The notes beneath the pieces are model-generated. The model worked only from the letters and a program-made list of their open reading frames with translations, had not been told where the DNA came from and did not search any database. Shown here piece after piece: positions 27,213-64,000 of a DNA stretch of 64,000 nucleotides. Origin of the DNA: the human T2T-CHM13v2.0 reference genome, Homo sapiens; the NCBI RefSeq assembly GCF_009914755.1, contig NC_060930.1. One strand, given 5' to 3'. Within the stretch, counting starts at the first letter, position 1. Every line of letters starts with the position of its first letter. The translations under genes were made by a program, and so were the position numbers.

Positions 27213-29002
27213 TCCCACAGCAGAAGTATATTTATTGTGCTGAAATCAGGTAGCAGGGAATGAATAGCTCTTGGGAACCAGTACAGAATGTTCACAAAGA
27301 TTTACAAATCTCAGTCATTACACACTGAGCAACAAAACAAAGGTGTTGAATCCTCTTAGATCAAACTACTTTATATGTTGCAAATTTTCTGTAATTCTCA
27401 TGACTGCATGCCTTTGGGGAAAAAGTATTTAATTTTAATGCACAATAAATATGTTATAGCTTACAAAATATTCTGAAATAGTTTGTACAAACAGCATACA
27501 TCCTACACATGCAGCTTTGACATGTTGTTGAGATACTTAAGAAATATTCATGCTTTTTTTTGGTCACATTTTGTCTTTCTCTAGTAATCCCTTTGCAACA
27601 TCCCTTAAAAAATTAACCTATGTAGTAAAACATGATACAAATTCTTTCCTACTTTATTTCCAGTTGTTCACTTATATTACATGAAATACTTCATTTGTAA
27701 ATAGCAAATTGAATGTTATAGTTCTGACTACTCTCACTTTTATTCATTTTGTGTTTTAACAACACCTTGTAACATCAAGCATTGAATTTAACAATCTTTA
27801 GCACCAAGGAGTCAAGAATATTGCACCAAAATGGGTTTATACTTCATACCTAGTTAATAAATAAGATCTTGCAACTTAGTCACAAGGAAAACGTTACTCC
27901 AAAATTAAACACATTGAAAGAGAAGGATAGTTTCACAGAAATGTTTGGTGTATGCTATTTGTCATAAAAGCAAAAAAAATACTAGTGGATTTGAAAGTTA
28001 ACATTAAAATTTACATTAGAAGACTCCTTGATTTTTTAATTAAAATTTATTTAATTTTAAATGTTCTTTCCAACGGAAGAGGTAGGTATATTTCCACATA
28101 TGAAAAATCAGGAACAGCCATAAATCAAAACAAGGAAAGCCTGATAAAAATCAACATATTCTAACAGCACATAAATGTAACTATCTTATGATGTTACTAA
28201 TAAAGACATGAGTTGTTTCATGTTTCAATCAGACAATAATCTTAATTTTCATAATATATTTCTGCTACTAACAGGAGTATTCAAATGCTGCCTTTTCATC
28301 ACAAAAAATTGTTTCCCCACAGTGATTTGTGCCTCAAGTCATGGTGATCTCTGGGTCACCAGACAAGACTTTACTGCAATTCTTTCTTATTTTCACCAAC
28401 ACCATCATCATCAAGCCTCTAAGATTCTACAGAGATCAGCAGATTTTAAAAATTTAATTACAACCAAAATTATACTCTGACTAGAGGTGGAGAGATTTGA
28501 CCATTCCGGTCAGCAAATGAATTCAAATGTGCAAGTTTAAGTGTATACACATTTTCAGCTTTGGACAAGAAAATGTAACACCACTGATTTCAGTCAGTAG
28601 ATAAGATAATTAGTAATTTATCAAAATAATTCATAAAGACCGTTTCTGTGATCGTCTAAAATTCAGACCGAAGAATGAGTGACTATAAGATACATGAAAA
28701 ATCTCATCCTTTAGACAACTGGATGTGAACAGGGGGAGAATCCCCAAAGTCACTTAATGATTGCTTTGGTCTGGAGAATATCAAGGCTAATTTTTAAAAA
28801 AAATGTTTAAAATAAAAACTTCATAAATAAAACATCTGGGTATGGTATTAACACTTTACTCAGTCTAAGAGTTACTAGGACATAGAGCACATTTGTCTTT
28901 TCTCCCCACCCCCAAGCTCTCCTTTGCTTCTGTTTTCCCTGAAATTTTATATGATATGGGAGTTTTTCCTCACTGTCAACAACAGTTAAGGCCCAGTTCA
29001 AT
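27213..29002 (-). other. ELOVL4: ELOVL4 3'UTR (~1.8 kb, distal end approximate)
   Basis: AT-rich sequence without recognisable repeats from the stop codon to an AATAAA followed by a U-rich downstream element; consistent with a ~3-kb mRNA. Confidence 0.75.
27231..27236 (-). terminator. Distal polyadenylation signal AATAAA
   Basis: TTTATT on +; minus-strand U-rich tract (GATTTTTTTTTGTT) ~30 nt downstream. Confidence 0.75.
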
Positions 29003-59675
<30,673 letters not shown>

Positions 59676-59955
59676 CGCGGCGATGAGCGGGCGCTGGCGG
59701 CAGGAGAAAGCGGAGACCCAGAGAGAGGGCTGACCCCGGAGGCGGTGGCGGCCGACGGGGCGAGGGGCGGCCGGGAACCCCTCTAACGGCGGCGGCCCGG
59801 CTGCGTCTTCTCCTGCTCCTCAAGGCGCCGCGGCGGCGGGGATGCGGCAGAAGGCAGGGCCAAGCGGAAGGCGTCGTCAAGGTTCCCGGGAGAAAGACGA
59901 GGAGGTGGAGGAGGCCCAGCCGCCAGCACAGTGCGCTGCACCAGTCTGCAGCCTC
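59676..59955 (-). other. ELOVL4: ELOVL4 GC-rich 5'UTR (TSS approximate)
   Basis: No minus-strand ATG between 59676 and ~60000; lies just downstream of the CCAAT/E-box/GC-box cluster. Confidence 0.6.
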
Positions 59956-61716
59956 GCGCAGCCGCCCCTCCAATCTCCTCAGCCGGCGTCACGTGGCCGC
60001 GCGCGGGGGCGGGGGGCCGGCCGCCCCTCCTCCCTCCCTCCCTCCCTAGTATTGGGACTCGCTGGCGTAGGGATGCTGCGCTCAAGGGTGCGACGCCAAC
60101 TGGGCTCGCGCAGGCGCGCGCCGTCGAGCGGGAGCGGGACACCTGGGCTCCTCCTTGGCCCCTCCCCGCACAAGTCGCCTCATTAGCCTTCCCCGCCCCT
60201 GTCCCGGGCATCGGCCCCTGCGGAGGAGTTCACCGCCTCCCCACGGGTGATTTCTTATCCGCCCCGGATACGTCCTGGGAAACAGGACACGGGAAGAATG
60301 GGTGTTCTGTGGGCAAAGATGAGGTAGGCGTGGTGCTTTGGTCCTTACCTGACACTCACCTCGATTTCACTTGTGTTCCTGTTTCTTTGACCTCCACCAG
60401 CACATGCCTGTCACCATGACAAGAGAAGTGCATGTGTTATGCCTCTGAAGAAGTGAAGGGTATTTGTCTTCCATGCTTCAGCGATGGAGAATAGACTTTG
60501 GGGTCGACCCATGAACAAATCAACATATAATTGCATGAATGCTTGCATGTGTTTTGTAGACTCTTTTACTATACATGGAATGAACAAAGCAATATAATTG
60601 TGCTAAATTAGGCCATTAGTAGTTCAGAGAAGAGGGAGAACCGAGAGGGGCTTACAGGTGAAGTCCGCTTGAACCTGAAGAAGTTGAGGTGAATCTGAAA
60701 AAGATAATCGCTCAAGAGGCAAAGGGCAATTTAGTGTAGAGAGGAAAACAAAGTAATTGTGGCTATTTTGAAAAATTGTTTAGATAAGGTATAGGAGAGC
60801 CTACCCTTGAAAAGTAAAAAAAATACAGTACTTGGAATTCATAATTTGATGGTTTCTCACATAAAACAAGATTTTTGAGAATAGTCCTTTCATCTACTTG
60901 TTTTTTAAATGTGTCACCTACTTGTTTAACCTTTTCTCCACTTGCTCATTTTGGATGCTACATTTTAAAGACCAGTGAGTCAAGTGTCTTATTGTTCCTG
61001 CCCTTTCACACTGTTAATGTGAATACTATCTTTTATCATACTGAAATGATCTATTTCCCAATTGACCTGGTTATATATTGTCTATATTTTATATTGGAAG
61101 CATCCTAGATGGTAAGAATTATTTTTGGTTGCTTGATGAGTACCTAACCCAGTGCTATAAACAGTAATTAATAAATATTTATGATGACAAAAATATAACA
61201 TGTCTTTCAGAGAATAATAAGGATTATTGTGAGTGGCAGGAACTTTATTGCCGAACTAAAGCAAACACAGACTTCTTTAAATGCCCTATTCTTGAAATTA
61301 ACCAAATAAAATGTTAATTTATTAATTTGTCAAATATATTTGCAAATCTAAAGTTTTCTGGATTGGAATGACAATTTCTCAAGTCTCAATCCTAAATTAT
61401 GTGTAACAGATTCTAGTAGCTATATAAAAAAAAGAAATCCAGTCAAGTCTCTTCATTTAGGGAGTGGATAACTACCCATTCATTTACAGTGATGATCTAA
61501 CAAAGTTCGGATTAGTTCGAGCTTCACCTAAAAATTTGATTACTATTTCTATATTGTGGAATCCTGGAGTTTTTAGGGAGAACAGATCTCTACCCATACT
61601 TCCATTCACACACGCAAAACTGCAGCATAATACTTAATACAAGGAGAAATTGTTAAAACAGCTTCAGGTATTTCCCTGGTATTTCTTCTACCGTGGAGGT
61701 CAACTTAAGTCCCTAT

Positions 61717-61732
61717 TCACTAGGGGGCGCCA
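61717..61732 (+). promoter_or_regulatory. Candidate CTCF site TCACTAGGGGGCGCCA
   Basis: Near-consensus match to the CTCF core CCACYAGRGGGCGC in unique sequence. Confidence 0.6.
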
Positions 61733-62200
61733 GTCACGTATAAGAAAATCATAGATGAGATAACCTTCAGCTGGGAATGGCGGTCACACGGATATCACCG
61801 TGTCCACACTCCACCTGTAAGAGTAGAATGTTTATTTACATTTATAAGCTGTCTAAACATATACCAAGAACCAGAACATAAAACTTACCCAATCTGGAAC
61901 CCTATTACCTGGCATGAATAAGTGGTTTGTAAATACCAGTGACTGCCCAGAACCAAAGCCTACCTTGTTTAGTTGTGCAAAGGGAGGGAAACCCGCATGT
62001 CTGCCACCTAGAATAACAGCCATCTAACCAAAATCTTGGTAGCATCATAACAGAGTAAAAGCAAATACAAGCAACAACAGCATCTGCAAACTGAGAACAG
62101 AGTTCTTTCATGTGGATCAAATGCAAATAGGATACAGTTACCTACAAAACCTAAAGGAGAGGACATTTTATCATAAATTTTTTTGTATAAAATAGCAATA

Positions 62201-62461
62201 TTTTTTTCTTTTTAGAAACAGGGTCTCACTCTATCAGCTAGGCTGGATTGCAGTGGTGTAATCATAGGTTAGTGCAACATCGAATTCCTGGGCTCGAGCT
62301 ATCCTCCTGCCTCATCCTCCTGCCTCAGCCTCCTAAATAGCTGATAGAGAAGGAGGACTGGCTGTGTTGCCCAGGCTGGTCTCAAATTCCTGCCTGCAAG
62401 CAATCCTCCTGCCTTGGCCTTCAAAACCACTGGGATTACAGGAGTGAGCCACCACACCCAG
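62201..62461 (-). mobile_element. AluJ, internally rearranged/deleted
   Basis: Both arms recognisable, central A-rich linker missing. Confidence 0.8.
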
Positions 62462-62949
62462 TACAAAATATTTTTAAATGTCCTACAGTCCATACAAGGT
62501 TAGCAACATAAATCAAGCTATCCATCTTTTTTTTCCTAGTCCACCTTTCCATGTTGGTAATATTGTCAGCAACCTCTGCTTTCAAAGAAAAGTGAACCTG
62601 GAAGCCTGTTGAGTCAGGAGTAAAAAGAAATAACCTAATTAAAGAGTTGTAGAGAAAGACTTTGAATCTTCTAGAAGTAAATTTTGCTACATGGATGCTA
62701 CTTAGAGAAAATGGAGAAAATTGTTGATAACACTAACTACTATTAGTTCCAGTCTTTTGTTTTATTCTGCTCATTACTCCTCCCCCACGTTATAGCCATC
62801 ATATAACACAGGTGCTTGACTAACTTGGAATTACAATGTTTTCCACGAGATATGTTTCATTCAAACTTTTAAAGATGTTTACCTTTTTGTTAGCTTGTAT
62901 GAATTATTTTTATTTTATTTAAATGGACATAGATTATCCTGATAATACA

Positions 62950-64000
<1,051 letters not shown>

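Noticed and set aside
60398-60552. CATG-centred p53/p63-like half sites upstream of the promoter
   Set aside because: Only degenerate half sites without correct pairing; not supportable without ChIP data

Overview
Human (or very close primate) genomic DNA containing the complete ELOVL4 gene (very-long-chain fatty acid elongase 4; human 6q14.1) on the minus strand. Six coding exons with GT-AG boundaries join to a 945-nt CDS (314 aa) with the HVYHH catalytic box and the C-terminal KAKGD ER-retrieval signal. The gene has a CpG-island promoter (~59.2-60.3 kb) and a ~1.8-kb 3'UTR ending near an AATAAA at 27231-27236. Bases 1-27 kb are intergenic and repeat-rich: a MER11 solo LTR, an old L1 with nested Alu/MST/MER1B, and a degenerate, apparently near-complete ERV-L provirus (~15.6-24.1 kb) with nested insertions. 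All other ORFs in the track are repeat-derived or spurious. I see no convincing new biological system. The best leads are a perfect 30-bp inverted repeat at 185-250, a possible stop-free exon 2-4 circular RNA bracketed by inverted Alus, a templated insertion inside an Alu monomer, clustered 3'UTR miRNA sites, and promoter G4/E-box/CTCF motifs. Repeat subfamily names come from recalled consensus sequences, not a RepeatMasker run.
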